This document shows, in pieces, positions 18,091 through 35,067 of a DNA stretch of 64,000 nt (positions are counted from its first letter, which is position 1; every line of letters begins with the position of its first letter). The notes beneath the pieces were generated by a model that was given only the letters and a program-made list of their open reading frames with translations, ran no database searches and was not told the DNA's origin. This DNA is from Escherichia coli. GTDB lineage: Bacteria > Pseudomonadota > Gammaproteobacteria > Enterobacterales > Enterobacteriaceae. Both the position numbers and the translations under genes were made by a program. The DNA lies in NCBI RefSeq assembly GCF_024298765.1, contig NZ_CP101210.1, one strand, 5' to 3'.

Positions 18091-18809
18091 GCCTGTGGTT
18101 TACGACATTGCCGGGTGGCACCAACCGCCTGGCGAATTCGCGGTTTATTCTTGCTCTGTTTCATCGGATTTAGCGTTAAAGGAATAGTCCGTTTCCGGGC
18201 AACAATAAGTTGTAAGCAACCAAGCGCAGGAATATGCGCATTCAATAGTTTTCCTCCGTGTTTGTTCCACGGAAGAACGTGGAAACGGCTGGCGTGTAGC
18301 ACTTCAAAATTCAACAAAGAGAGCCAGTCCAGCTGCCGCATCAGAGTGAACATCCGGCTGTTATAGGGCGATGTTTTGCGCAATACCGGCACAAGTTTGC
18401 GTAATCCCATTAAACTGATGGGATTGAAGCCACTAATCACCAGCCAGCCATCATCAATCAGTACCCGATCGGCTTCACGCAATAAACGATGCGGATCAGT
18501 GCACCACGGCAATGTATGTGCCAGTAGACAAACATCAACGGATTTATCGGCAAAAGGAAGATGAAGTGGATCCGCCTGCACCTGGACGGGCATTCCTTGC
18601 GCAGAAACATTCACTTGATGAGAAACCGCGCACGCTTCGCAATTGATTTCTGCGCTTAAATTGCCAATCTTAAGCAGATGAAAACCATACATTTTAGTGA
18701 ACCACGGGTTGAGCTGACGCTCCAGCGCCTTGCGATAAAGCTCTCCCCAGGGCAAATCGCCCCAGCAATCAGGAGCCACGACAGTTTGAGGGACTCTTGC
18801 CGGTTTCAT
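18087..18809 (-). CDS. yafS: SAM-dependent methyltransferase YafS
   Basis: Recalled match to K-12 YafS; start chosen at MKPARVPQ. Confidence 0.85.
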
Positions 18810-18839
18810 CACAACCTTCCGTTTCACACTGAGAGGTAA

Positions 18840-19598
<759 letters not shown>

Positions 19599-19669
19599 TA
19601 AAACTTTCTTGTCATCGGCTCCGTTCGCCGTTATGATCGGTCGTCTTTTAAGCAACTATTGACACACAC

Positions 19670-21028
19670 ATGAAGGCAAAAGCGATATTACTCGCCTCTG
19701 TCCTGCTCGTGGGTTGCCAGAGTACCGGCAACGTTCAACAGCACGCACAGAGCCTTTCTGCAGCTGGTCAAGGGGAAGCAGCAAAGTTTACAAGTCAGGC
19801 ACGATGGATGGACGATGGGACGTCTATCGCGCCAGATGGTGACTTGTGGGCTTTCATTGGCGACGAGCTAAAGATGGGAATTCCGGAAAACGACCGGATT
19901 CGCGAACAGAAACAGAAATATTTACGCAATAAGAGCTATCTCCACGATGTAACTTTACGGGCAGAGCCGTATATGTACTGGATAGCCGGGCAAGTTAAAA
20001 AACGTAACATGCCTATGGAACTGGTACTACTACCCATAGTGGAGAGCGCTTTTGATCCTCACGCAACGTCTGGCGCCAATGCCGCGGGCATCTGGCAGAT
20101 CATTCCGAGCACGGGGCGCAATTATGGTTTGAAACAGACACGCAATTATGACGCGCGTCGCGATGTTGTTGCTTCAACAACTGCCGCGCTGAACATGATG
20201 CAGCGTCTGAACAAGATGTTTGACGGCGACTGGCTTCTGACCGTAGCGGCTTATAACAGCGGCGAAGGTCGGGTCATGAAGGCAATTAAAACGAACAAAG
20301 CGCGTGGGAAATCCACGGACTTCTGGTCGTTACCGTTGCCGCAGGAAACGAAGCAGTACGTGCCTAAAATGCTGGCATTGAGTGATATTCTCAAAAACAG
20401 CAAGCGTTATGGCGTACGTCTGCCAACGACCGATGAAAGCCGTGCTCTGGCGCGTGTGCACCTGAGCAGCCCGGTTGAAATGGCGAAGGTTGCAGATATG
20501 GCGGGGATTTCCGTCAGCAAGCTGAAGACATTCAACGCAGGCGTGAAAGGCTCCACGCTGGGCGCAAGTGGTCCGCAGTACGTGATGGTGCCAAAGAAGC
20601 ATGCAGATCAACTGCGTGAATCTCTGGCTTCAGGCGAAATTGCTGCTGTACAGTCGACGCTGGTTGCCGACAATACGCCGCTTAACAGCCGTGTTTACAC
20701 CGTACGCTCTGGCGACACGCTTTCAAGTATCGCTTCACGTCTCGGCGTAAGCACCAAAGATTTGCAGCAGTGGAACAAACTGCGCGGATCTAAGCTGAAG
20801 CCAGGCCAAAGTTTGACGATTGGTGCAGGCAGTAGCGCACAGCGACTGGCAAACAACAGCGATAGCATTACGTATCGTGTGCGCAAAGGCGATTCGCTTT
20901 CAAGCATTGCTAAACGCCACGGCGTGAACATCAAAGATGTAATGCGCTGGAACAGCGACACTGCGAATCTGCAACCAGGCGATAAGCTGACGTTGTTTGT
21001 GAAAAACAACAACATGCCAGATTCCTGA
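19670..21028 (+). CDS. mltD: Membrane-bound lytic murein transglycosylase D (lipoprotein with LysM repeats)
   Basis: 452 aa; lipoprotein signal (LLVGC) and C-terminal LysM repeats. Confidence 0.9.
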   Translation: MKAKAILLASVLLVGCQSTGNVQQHAQSLSAAGQGEAAKFTSQARWMDDGTSIAPDGDLWAFIGDELKMGIPENDRIREQKQKYLRNKSYLHDVTLRAEPYMYWIAGQVKKRNMPMELVLLPIVESAFDPHATSGANAAGIWQIIPSTGRNYGLKQTRNYDARRDVVASTTAALNMMQRLNKMFDGDWLLTVAAYNSGEGRVMKAIKTNKARGKSTDFWSLPLPQETKQYVPKMLALSDILKNSKRYGVRLPTTDESRALARVHLSSPVEMAKVADMAGISVSKLKTFNAGVKGSTLGASGPQYVMVPKKHADQLRESLASGEIAAVQSTLVADNTPLNSRVYTVRSGDTLSSIASRLGVSTKDLQQWNKLRGSKLKPGQSLTIGAGSSAQRLANNSDSITYRVRKGDSLSSIAKRHGVNIKDVMRWNSDTANLQPGDKLTLFVKNNNMPDS

Positions 21029-21041
21029 CAAACCAGATAAT

Positions 21042-21075
21042 AAAAAAGGCACCGATTCCCCCGGTGCCTTTTTTA
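21042..21075. terminator. Bidirectional rho-independent terminator between mltD and yafE
   Basis: Hairpin AAGGCACCG-loop-CGGTGCCTT flanked by an A-run and a T-run. Confidence 0.6.
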
Positions 21076-21076
21076 T

Positions 21077-21847
21077 TTATGCCGCTTTATGTGCTTCTAG
21101 CATGATGATATCACTGGTGAAAGAGCCATCATTCTGCAAGGCAAAATACGTTTTCACCTCTGTCGATGCGCTCTGTTGGTAAATGCGAATAGCGTCTACT
21201 AACGCTTCTGGCGTACGCATTCTCGCTACCCATGAAGAAAATTCCAGCGGTAACTTATCTGTAATTAAATTATCAACTATCAGATTGGCTTCACTGATTA
21301 ACGTCAACCACTCACCGCTGGCGTAGTTTCGTACGTGAGAGGTATCGCGTAATGCTTCTACCGTCTGTAACCAGATGTCGCGCACTGGATGACCCGGAGA
21401 CATTACGTCCATCACAATCAGCCTACCGCCAGGTTTCAATATCCTATTCACTTCTCGCAGTGCTGCACCAACATCATGCCAGTGATGGGCAGAATAACGG
21501 CTGATAACAATATCAAATGCGTTATCGGCAAATGGCAGGCTTTCGACATAACCCTGGCGGGTGGTGATATTTTTCAGTTGCCGGGCTTCGGCAGCTTGTG
21601 CCACAACATCCAGCATATGGGCAGATAAGTCATACGCCACCACCGTGCTCACGTTTTGCGCAGCGACAAAGCTGGCATGCCCTGCTCCGCAGCCCATATC
21701 AAGTACACTTGCATCAGGATAATCAGCCAGACGCACCGCCAGACGCTGTAAATCTCGTCCGGATGCATGTACGGTACTGGTCAGATATTCGCTGGCTTGA
21801 GAGCTAAACTGCTTTTCTACGTGGTCATGGTGGGATTGTGTTGTCAT
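21077..21847 (-). CDS. yafE: SAM-dependent methyltransferase YafE
   Basis: Methyltransferase motif LDMGCGAGH; start may differ from K-12 annotation. Confidence 0.85.
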   Translation of the reverse strand: MTTQSHHDHVEKQFSSQASEYLTSTVHASGRDLQRLAVRLADYPDASVLDMGCGAGHASFVAAQNVSTVVAYDLSAHMLDVVAQAAEARQLKNITTRQGYVESLPFADNAFDIVISRYSAHHWHDVGAALREVNRILKPGGRLIVMDVMSPGHPVRDIWLQTVEALRDTSHVRNYASGEWLTLISEANLIVDNLITDKLPLEFSSWVARMRTPEALVDAIRIYQQSASTEVKTYFALQNDGSFTSDIIMLEAHKAA

Positions 21848-21924
21848 TGCGCTGTCCTTTTGTTATTTGAGTATAAAAGGGCAGCGCCAAACGTTGGTCT
21901 GCCCTGTGGCAGACCTGACATACC

Positions 21925-22776
<852 letters not shown>

Positions 22777-22965
22777 CTACTGTTATAGGGATTTTAGCTC
22801 ACTCTTTCAACGAGCAATTGTATATTGTTATGTAAGCAAGTGCTTACACCGGTCAGGATTTTGCTCATTATTGAGAACATTAAATCGGATGGCATATCTC
22901 GCATCCTGATGGTTTAATGACAAATAAATTCAAAATATCTCTTCTATTTTGCAACAGGAGCAAAA

Positions 22966-23880
22966 ATGAAAGCCACGTCGGAAGAACTCGCCATTTTTGT
23001 TTCAGTCGTCGAAAGCGGCAGCTTTAGCCGGGCAGCGGAACAATTAGGGCAAGCAAACTCAGCGGTAAGCCGGGCGGTGAAAAAGCTGGAGATGAAACTT
23101 GGCGTTAGCCTGCTTAATCGGACCACGCGGCAACTTAGCCTGACGGAAGAAGGCGAGCGTTATTTTCGTCGCGTACAGTCAATTTTGCAGGAGATGGCAG
23201 CGGCAGAATCAGAAATTATGGAGACGCGTAATACACCGCGTGGACTGTTACGGATCGATGCCGCAACTCCAGTGGTGCTGCACTTTCTGATGCCGTTGAT
23301 TAAGCCTTTTCGTGAACGCTATCCGGAAGTCACTTTATCGCTAGTCTCCTCCGAAACGATTATTAATTTGATCGAAAGAAAAGTGGATGTCGCGATACGC
23401 GCCGGTACGTTAACGGATTCCAGCTTACGTGCCAGGCCGTTATTTAACAGTTATCGAAAAATTATCGCCTCCCCCGATTATATTTCCCGCTACGGGAAGC
23501 CAGAAACGATCGACGATTTAAAGCAACATATTTGCCTGGGATTCACTGAACCCGCTTCCCTCAATACCTGGCCGATAGCCTGTAGCGATGGACAATTACA
23601 TGAGGTGAAGTACGGTTTGTCCTCCAATAGTGGGGAAACACTGAAACAGCTTTGCCTGAGTGGCAACGGGATTGCGTGTTTGTCCGACTACATGATCGAC
23701 AAAGAAATCGCTCGCGGAGAATTGGTGGAGTTAATGGCAGATAAAGTGTTGCCAGTGGAAATGCCATTCAGTGCAGTCTATTACAGCGACCGTGCGGTAA
23801 GTACGCGCATCCGGGCTTTTATCGATTTCCTTAGCGAGCATGTAAAAACAGCTCCCGGAGGAGCTGTCAGAGAGGCTTAA
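22966..23880 (+). CDS. yafC: LysR-family transcriptional regulator YafC
   Basis: N-terminal HTH plus LysR substrate domain; 304 aa. Confidence 0.9.
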   Translation: MKATSEELAIFVSVVESGSFSRAAEQLGQANSAVSRAVKKLEMKLGVSLLNRTTRQLSLTEEGERYFRRVQSILQEMAAAESEIMETRNTPRGLLRIDAATPVVLHFLMPLIKPFRERYPEVTLSLVSSETIINLIERKVDVAIRAGTLTDSSLRARPLFNSYRKIIASPDYISRYGKPETIDDLKQHICLGFTEPASLNTWPIACSDGQLHEVKYGLSSNSGETLKQLCLSGNGIACLSDYMIDKEIARGELVELMADKVLPVEMPFSAVYYSDRAVSTRIRAFIDFLSEHVKTAPGGAVREA

Positions 23881-24680
23881 TCCCATTCAGGAGCCAGACC
23901 TTCCGGGCTAACCAGGCGGTCGTTGCAATCCAGTGCGGCGATCGCTTTTTTATCTTCGGCATCAAGCTGTAAATTTTGTGCCTTAAGATTACTCTCCAGG
24001 TTTTCACGTTTAGTAGAAGAAGGAATTACTGAGTAACCTTCCCCCATAGCCCACGCCAGAATCACTTGAGCCGGAGTCGCATTGTGTTTAGCTGCAATAC
24101 GAGCAATAACCTTATCTTTCAGTGCATTGCCATACGCCAGAGTCATATAGGAAGTAATATGGATACCGTGCTGTTTAGCCCAAGCGACCACTTTACGGTT
24201 TTGCAGATAAGGAGAGAGTTCAATCTGGTTAGTAGCGATGTTTTCAGCGCCAACAGCAGCAATCGCTTTTTCCATCAATGGGATCGTGAAGTTGGAAATA
24301 CCGATCTCACGCGTCAGCCCTTGTTTTTTGGCTTCCAGCAGCGCCTGCATAAACTCTTCAGCAGAGACTTCATCGCTTGGTGACGGCCAGTGGATTAGCG
24401 TCAGATCAACATAATCGGTACGCAATTTTTGCAGGCTCTCTTTCAGACTCGGGATCAATTTGTCTTTGCTGAGATTTTCAATCCAGATTTTAGTGGTGAT
24501 GTAGAGTTCATGACGTGGCACGCCACTTTCTGCAATCGCCTGACCTACTGCGGCTTCGTTATCATAGATTTGTGCGGTATCAATTGCGCGATAATCAAGT
24601 TCAAGCGCCGTTTTCACAGATGAAATAACAACGTCGTCTTTCAGACGGAAAGTGCCTAAACCAAATGCAGGGATAGCCAT
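23877..24680 (-). CDS. dkgB: 2,5-diketo-D-gluconate reductase B (aldo-keto reductase)
   Basis: 267 aa aldo-keto reductase; synteny. Confidence 0.9.
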   Translation of the reverse strand: MAIPAFGLGTFRLKDDVVISSVKTALELDYRAIDTAQIYDNEAAVGQAIAESGVPRHELYITTKIWIENLSKDKLIPSLKESLQKLRTDYVDLTLIHWPSPSDEVSAEEFMQALLEAKKQGLTREIGISNFTIPLMEKAIAAVGAENIATNQIELSPYLQNRKVVAWAKQHGIHITSYMTLAYGNALKDKVIARIAAKHNATPAQVILAWAMGEGYSVIPSSTKRENLESNLKAQNLQLDAEDKKAIAALDCNDRLVSPEGLAPEWD

Positions 24681-24802
24681 AATATGCCTCTTTTAATGCT
24701 ATTTTCGTTAACTGAGGTGATTATGGGCTTCAGACTGTTGTGGAAAAATGGCGTAAAACGCAGAGGATTTTTGCGATTTTGGCAATAATAGAAATACAAA
24801 CG

Positions 24803-24830
24803 AAAAAAAACCTCGAGCGTTAACTCGAGG
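24803..24830 (-). terminator. rrnH operon terminator
   Basis: On the minus strand, hairpin CCTCGAG-loop-CTCGAGG followed by a U-run, immediately downstream of aspU. Confidence 0.6.
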
Positions 24831-24842
24831 CTTCTTAATAAG

Positions 24843-24919
24843 TGGCGGAACGGACGGGACTCGAACCCGCGACCCCCTGCGTGACAGGCAGGTATTCTAA
24901 CCGACTGAACTACCGCTCC
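24843..24919 (-). tRNA. aspU: tRNA-Asp (GUC), distal tRNA of rrnH
   Basis: Exact reverse complement of E. coli tRNA-Asp. Confidence 0.95.
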
Positions 24920-24970
24920 ACCGAATTCTTTTACAACCACCGGTTTATAACCGGCTTACTGCTAAATTTG

Positions 24971-25090
24971 ATGCCTGGCAGTTCCCTACTCTCGCATGGG
25001 GAGACCCCACACTACCATCGGCGCTACGGCGTTTCACTTCTGAGTTCGGCATGGGGTCAGGTGGGACCACCGCGCTAAGGCCGCCAGGCA
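24971..25090 (-). rRNA. rrfH: 5S ribosomal RNA
   Basis: 120 nt matching recalled E. coli 5S rRNA. Confidence 0.95.
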
Positions 25091-25188
25091 AATTCTGTTT
25101 TATCAACACGTCTCGTTATGACCTGTCGATTTAATCTGTATCAGGCTGAAAATCTTCTCTCTATCCGCCAAAACACCTTCGGCGTTGT

Positions 25189-28094
<2,906 letters not shown>

Positions 28095-28268
28095 TCACAA
28101 CCCGAAGATGTTTCACTTCAGAGTTGCGAAAATTTGAGAGACTCACGAACAACTTTCGTTGTTCAGTGTTTCAATTTTCAGCTTGATCCAGATTTTTAAA
28201 GAGCAAAACTTCGCAGTGAACCTTTGCAGGTACACTCTGAAGTATTTTTTATTTAATCACTACAGAGA

Positions 28269-28344
28269 TGGTGGAGCTATGCGGGATCGAACCGCAGACC
28301 TCCTGCGTGCAAAGCAGGCGCTCTCCCAGCTGAGCTATAGCCCC
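28269..28344 (-). tRNA. alaV: tRNA-Ala (UGC), spacer tRNA
   Basis: Reverse complement of E. coli tRNA-Ala. Confidence 0.93.
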
Positions 28345-28386
28345 ATAACATGTAGTTAAAACCTCTTCAAATTTGCCGTGCAAATT

Positions 28387-28463
<77 letters not shown>

Positions 28464-28531
28464 GTAGAGGTTTTACTGCTCATTTTCATCAGACAATCTG
28501 TGTGAGCACTGCAAAGAACGCTTCTTTAAGG

Positions 28532-30073
<1,542 letters not shown>

Positions 30074-30206
30074 AAAAGTTTGATGCTCAAAGAATTAAAC
30101 TTCGTAATGAATTACGTGTTCACTCTTGAGACTTGGTATTCATTTTTCGTCTTGCGACGTTAAGAATCCGTATCTTCGAGTGCCCACACAGATTGTCTGA
30201 TAAATT

Positions 30207-30219
30207 GTTAAAGAGCAGT
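30207..30219 (-). promoter_or_regulatory. rrn leader boxA antitermination element
   Basis: Reverse complement of TGCTCTTTAACAA in the 16S leader. Confidence 0.6.
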
Positions 30220-30249
30220 TGCGACGCGGCTTTCAGCTCACTGTCGCGA

Positions 30250-30400
30250 GGTGGCGTATATTACGCTTTCCTCTTTCAGAGTCAACCCTGAATTTCAGGA
30301 TTTTTCTCTTCAACCGAACCGGCTGTTTGTGTGAAGTGATTCACATCCGCCGTGTCGATGGAGGCGCATTATAGGGTGTCGGCTCAGGAAGACAAGCGGA
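30250..30400 (-). promoter_or_regulatory. rrnH P1 and P2 promoters (P2 -35 near 30279-30285; P1 -10 near 30370-30375, -35 near 30391-30395)
   Basis: Reverse complements of the characteristic rrn promoter hexamers and GC-rich discriminator read from sequence. Confidence 0.5.
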
Positions 30401-30438
30401 AAAATGCATTTTTATTTCAACCGCTCATCTTTTAATCA

Positions 30439-31011
30439 TTACGCCGGTTTTTGCTGCTTTTTTATCGCTTGCGGCAGGTCTGCCAGGCTATTTAACACCC
30501 AATCCGCCGCGTTTTCTGCTTCAGGCGTAACAGGTTTACCCGTACGCACCAGCACTTTTGTTCCCACGTTCGCCGCAGCTGCTGCCTGCATATCTTCTAA
30601 TTTATCGCCCACCATATAAGAAGCGGCCATATCAATATGCAAATAATCGCGTGCTGACAAAAGCATCCCCGGATGTGGTTTGCGGCAGTCGCAGACCTGG
30701 CGAAACTCTTCAACACTACCCTGCGGATGATGCGGGCAATAATAGATACCATCCAGATCGACATCGCGGTCCGCCAGCGACCAGTCCATCCACTCGGTCA
30801 GCGTTTCAAACTGTGCTTCAGTAAATTTACCGCGAGCAATGCCAGACTGGTTGGTTACTACCACCAGCGCAAAGCCCATTTTTTTTAGCTCGCGCATGGC
30901 GTCAATAACACCGTCGATAAATTCAAAGTTGTCGATCTCATGGACATAGCCGTGATCGACATTAATGGTGCCATCACGGTCAAGAAAAATTGCGGGTACG
31001 CTCTTCGCCAC
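30439..31011 (-). CDS. gmhB: D-glycero-beta-D-manno-heptose-1,7-bisphosphate 7-phosphatase
   Basis: HAD motif DRDGTIN; 190 aa. Confidence 0.9.
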   Translation of the reverse strand: MAKSVPAIFLDRDGTINVDHGYVHEIDNFEFIDGVIDAMRELKKMGFALVVVTNQSGIARGKFTEAQFETLTEWMDWSLADRDVDLDGIYYCPHHPQGSVEEFRQVCDCRKPHPGMLLSARDYLHIDMAASYMVGDKLEDMQAAAAANVGTKVLVRTGKPVTPEAENAADWVLNSLADLPQAIKKQQKPA

Positions 31012-31198
31012 CTTTTATAGCTCCTTAATAAGGCATGTGACGCTAGTATCGCATGTTTCGACCAGCAAGAAAGTGCTCTTCGCATAAACCTGATTGATTT
31101 AGACGTCTGGATGCCTTAACATCCATTTCATTGAAGGCGTTGCCCGTTCCAGGCATTCGAAATGCCACGACTAACTTAATGACGATAATAAATAATCA

Positions 31199-32230
31199 AT
31201 GATAAAACTTTCGAATATCACCAAAGTGTTCCACCAGGGCACCCGCACCATCCAGGCGTTGAACAACGTCAGCCTGCATGTGCCAGCTGGACAAATTTAT
31301 GGCGTTATCGGTGCCTCTGGCGCGGGTAAGAGTACGCTTATACGTTGTGTAAACCTGCTGGAGCGCCCAACCGAGGGTAGCGTGCTGGTCGATGGCCAGG
31401 AACTGACCACGCTGTCAGAATCCGAGTTGACCAAAACTCGCCGCCAGATTGGTATGATTTTCCAGCATTTTAACCTGCTCTCTTCGCGTACTGTTTTTGG
31501 CAACGTGGCTCTGCCGCTGGAGCTGGACAACACACCGAAAGATGAGATCAAACGTCGCGTGACGGAATTGCTGTCATTGGTTGGTCTTGGCGATAAGCAT
31601 GATAGCTACCCGTCGAATCTTTCCGGTGGGCAGAAACAGCGTGTGGCGATTGCCCGTGCGTTAGCCAGCAATCCCAAAGTATTGCTGTGTGATGAGGCCA
31701 CCAGCGCGCTGGATCCGGCAACGACACGTTCTATTCTCGAACTGCTGAAAGACATCAACCGCCGTCTGGGTTTGACGATTCTGTTGATCACCCACGAAAT
31801 GGACGTTGTGAAGCGTATTTGTGATTGCGTGGCGGTCATCAGCAATGGCGAACTGATCGAGCAGGACACGGTAAGTGAAGTGTTCTCGCATCCGAAAACG
31901 CCGCTGGCGCAGAAGTTTATTCAGTCGACCCTGCATCTGGATATCCCGGAAGATTACCAGGAACGTCTGCAAGCGGAGCCATTCACTGACTGCGTGCCGA
32001 TGTTGCGTCTGGAGTTTACCGGTCAATCGGTCGATGCCCCACTGCTTTCTGAAACCGCGCGTCGTTTCAACGTCAACAACAACATTATTAGCGCGCAGAT
32101 GGATTACGCCGGTGGCGTTAAGTTCGGCATCATGCTGACTGAAATGCACGGCACACAACAAGATACGCAAGCCGCCATTACCTGGCTGCAGGAACACCAT
32201 GTAAAAGTAGAGGTACTGGGTTATGTCTGA
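31199..32230 (+). CDS. metN: Methionine ABC transporter ATP-binding protein
   Basis: Walker [13 protein letters not shown] signature LSGGQKQR; 343 aa. Confidence 0.95.
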   Translation: MIKLSNITKVFHQGTRTIQALNNVSLHVPAGQIYGVIGASGAGKSTLIRCVNLLERPTEGSVLVDGQELTTLSESELTKTRRQIGMIFQHFNLLSSRTVFGNVALPLELDNTPKDEIKRRVTELLSLVGLGDKHDSYPSNLSGGQKQRVAIARALASNPKVLLCDEATSALDPATTRSILELLKDINRRLGLTILLITHEMDVVKRICDCVAVISNGELIEQDTVSEVFSHPKTPLAQKFIQSTLHLDIPEDYQERLQAEPFTDCVPMLRLEFTGQSVDAPLLSETARRFNVNNNIISAQMDYAGGVKFGIMLTEMHGTQQDTQAAITWLQEHHVKVEVLGYV

Positions 32231-32876
32231 GCCGATGATGTGGCTGCTGGTTCGTGGCGTATGGGAAACGCTGACAATGACCTTCGTATCCGGTTTTTTT
32301 GGATTTGTGATTGGTCTGCCGGTTGGCGTCCTGCTTTATGTCACGCGTCCGGGGCAAATTATTGCTAACGCGAAGCTGTATCGTACCGTTTCTGCGATTG
32401 TGAACATTTTCCGTTCCATCCCGTTCATTATCTTGCTGGTATGGATGATTCCGTTTACCCGCGTTATTGTTGGTACATCGATTGGTTTGCAGGCAGCGAT
32501 TGTTCCGTTAACCGTTGGTGCAGCACCGTTTATTGCCCGTATGGTCGAGAATGCTCTGCTGGAGATCCCAACCGGGTTAATTGAAGCTTCCCGCGCAATG
32601 GGTGCCACGCCAATGCAGATCGTCCGTAAAGTGCTGTTACCGGAAGCGTTGCCGGGTCTGGTAAATGCGGCAACTATTACCCTGATTACCCTGGTTGGTT
32701 ATTCCGCGATGGGTGGTGCAGTCGGTGCCGGTGGTTTAGGTCAGATTGGCTATCAGTATGGCTACATCGGCTACAACGCGACGGTGATGAATACGGTACT
32801 GGTATTGCTGGTCATTCTGGTTTATTTAATTCAGTTCGCAGGCGACCGCATCGTCCGGGCTGTCACTCGCAAGTAA
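32223..32876 (+). CDS. metI: Methionine ABC transporter permease
   Basis: 217 aa multi-pass membrane protein; synteny. Confidence 0.95.
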   Translation: MSEPMMWLLVRGVWETLTMTFVSGFFGFVIGLPVGVLLYVTRPGQIIANAKLYRTVSAIVNIFRSIPFIILLVWMIPFTRVIVGTSIGLQAAIVPLTVGAAPFIARMVENALLEIPTGLIEASRAMGATPMQIVRKVLLPEALPGLVNAATITLITLVGYSAMGGAVGAGGLGQIGYQYGYIGYNATVMNTVLVLLVILVYLIQFAGDRIVRAVTRK

Positions 32877-32915
32877 CGTTCAACACAACATAAATAATTG
32901 AAGAAGGAATAAGGT

Positions 32916-33731
32916 ATGGCGTTCAAATTCAAAACCTTTGCGGCAGTGGGAGCCCTGATTGGATCACTGGCACTGGTAGGCTGCGGTCAGGATGAAAAAG
33001 ATCCAAACCACATTAAAGTCGGCGTGATTGTTGGTGCCGAACAGCAGGTTGCAGAAGTCGCGCAGAAAGTTGCGAAAGACAAATATGGCCTGGACGTTGA
33101 GCTGGTAACCTTCAACGACTATGTTCTGCCAAACGAAGCATTGAGCAAAGGCGATATCGACGCCAACGCCTTCCAGCATAAACCGTACCTTGATCAGCAA
33201 CTGAAAGATCGTGGCTACAAACTGGTCGCAGTAGGCAACACATTTGTTTATCCGATTGCTGGTTACTCCAAGAAAATCAAATCACTGGATGAACTGCAGG
33301 ATGGTTCGCAGGTTGCCGTGCCAAACGACCCAACTAACCTTGGTCGTTCACTGCTGCTGCTGCAAAAAGTGGGCTTGATCAAACTGAAAGATGGCGTTGG
33401 CCTGCTGCCGACCGTTCTTGATGTTGTTGAGAACCCAAAAAATCTGAAAATTGTTGAACTGGAAGCACCGCAGCTGCCGCGCTCTCTGGACGACGCGCAA
33501 ATCGCTCTGGCAGTTATCAATACCACCTATGCCAGCCAGATTGGCCTGACTCCAGCGAAAGACGGTATCTTTGTCGAAGATAAAGAGTCCCCGTACGTAA
33601 ACCTGATCGTAACGCGTGAAGACAACAAAGACGCCGAAAACGTGAAGAAATTCGTTCAGGCTTATCAGTCTGACGAAGTTTACGAAGCAGCAAACAAAGT
33701 GTTTAACGGCGGCGCTGTTAAAGGCTGGTAA
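32916..33731 (+). CDS. metQ: Methionine-binding lipoprotein
   Basis: Lipobox LVGC; 271 aa. Confidence 0.95.
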   Translation: MAFKFKTFAAVGALIGSLALVGCGQDEKDPNHIKVGVIVGAEQQVAEVAQKVAKDKYGLDVELVTFNDYVLPNEALSKGDIDANAFQHKPYLDQQLKDRGYKLVAVGNTFVYPIAGYSKKIKSLDELQDGSQVAVPNDPTNLGRSLLLLQKVGLIKLKDGVGLLPTVLDVVENPKNLKIVELEAPQLPRSLDDAQIALAVINTTYASQIGLTPAKDGIFVEDKESPYVNLIVTREDNKDAENVKKFVQAYQSDEVYEAANKVFNGGAVKGW

Positions 33732-33768
33732 TATTTAGGCTGTTTCCACAATTTGTAATATCATTCAG

Positions 33769-33797
33769 GACGGGCGCTTGCCCGTCTTGTCATTTTT
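33769..33797 (+). terminator. Rho-independent terminator after metQ
   Basis: Hairpin GGACGGGC-loop-GCCCGTC followed by a T-rich tract. Confidence 0.5.
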
Positions 33798-33848
33798 ACA
33801 AGCGCCTGATTCAATATTGACGTTTTGATCATACATTGAGGAAATACT

Positions 33849-34253
33849 ATGCGTGCTTTACCGATCTGTTTAGTAGCACTCATGCTAAGCGGCTGTTCCA
33901 TGTTAAGCAGATCCCCTGTCGAACCCGTTCAAAGCACTGCACCCCAGCCGAAAGCGGAGCCTGCAAAACCGAAAGCGCCGCGCGCCACGCCGGTCCGAAT
34001 TTATACCAATGCAGAAGAATTAGTCGGCAAACCGTTCCGCGATCTCGGTGAAGTCAGTGGCGACTCTTGCCAGGCCTCTAATCAGGACTCTCCGCCGAGC
34101 ATTCCAACCGCACGTAAGCGGATGCAAATCAACGCCTCGAAAATGAAAGCCAATGCGGTATTACTGCATAGCTGCGAAGTCACCAGCGGTACGCCAGGTT
34201 GCTATCGTCAGGCTGTATGTATCGGTTCTGCGCTTAACATCACGGCGAAATGA
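33849..34253 (+). CDS. rcsF: Outer-membrane lipoprotein RcsF (Rcs phosphorelay sensor)
   Basis: Lipobox LSGC; 134 aa. Confidence 0.92.
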   Translation: MRALPICLVALMLSGCSMLSRSPVEPVQSTAPQPKAEPAKPKAPRATPVRIYTNAEELVGKPFRDLGEVSGDSCQASNQDSPPSIPTARKRMQINASKMKANAVLLHSCEVTSGTPGCYRQAVCIGSALNITAK

Positions 34254-34957
34254 GCAGTTTCCAGTTCGAGCAAATAGGCGTTATTCGCTCGCCCTATAAA
34301 GAAAAATTCGCCGTTCCGCGCCAGCCAGGTCTGGTAAAAAGCGCCAACGGCGAACTACATCTCATTGCTCCCTACAACCAGGCCGACGCCGTTCGCGGCC
34401 TGGAAGCATTCAGCCATTTATGGATCCTTTTCGTCTTTCATCAAACGATGGAAGGCGGCTGGCGTCCGACTGTGCGTCCGCCTCGTCTCGGCGGTAATGC
34501 CAGAATGGGTGTTTTCGCTACGCGCTCCACTTTTCGCCCTAACCCGATTGGTATGTCGCTGGTAGAGCTGAAAGAGGTTGTTTGCCATAAAGACAGCGTG
34601 ATTCTGAAGCTCGGCAGTCTGGATCTGGTCGATGGTACGCCGGTAGTGGATATCAAACCGTATCTCCCCTTTGCTGAATCGCTTCCCGATGCCAGTGCCA
34701 GCTATGCGCAAAGTGCGCCAGCGGCAGAAATGGCGGTGTGTTTTACCGCAGAGGTCGAAAAGCAGCTTTTGACGCTGAAGAAGCGTTATCCGCAGTTAAC
34801 GCTGTTTATCCGCGAAGTACTGGCGCAGGACCCGCGCCCGGCCTATCGTAAAGGTGAGGAAACGGGCAAAACCTATGCCGTCTGGCTGCATGATTTTAAC
34901 GTTCGCTGGCGCGTCACCGACGCAGGTTTTGAAGTCTTTGCGCTGGAACCGCGTTAA
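34250..34957 (+). CDS. tsaA: tRNA (adenine37-N6)-methyltransferase TsaA (YaeB)
   Basis: 235 aa; synteny. Confidence 0.9.
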   Translation: MSSFQFEQIGVIRSPYKEKFAVPRQPGLVKSANGELHLIAPYNQADAVRGLEAFSHLWILFVFHQTMEGGWRPTVRPPRLGGNARMGVFATRSTFRPNPIGMSLVELKEVVCHKDSVILKLGSLDLVDGTPVVDIKPYLPFAESLPDASASYAQSAPAAEMAVCFTAEVEKQLLTLKKRYPQLTLFIREVLAQDPRPAYRKGEETGKTYAVWLHDFNVRWRVTDAGFEVFALEPR

Positions 34958-35067
34958 ATTCACGCCCTTCTCTTTTGACATTTCTTTTGCACTGGTAAAC
35001 TAAATCACTTTTTTTGTCCCAGGCTCGCCTTGAGCCTGTTCTACCTTCCAACTGGAACCGTAACAAC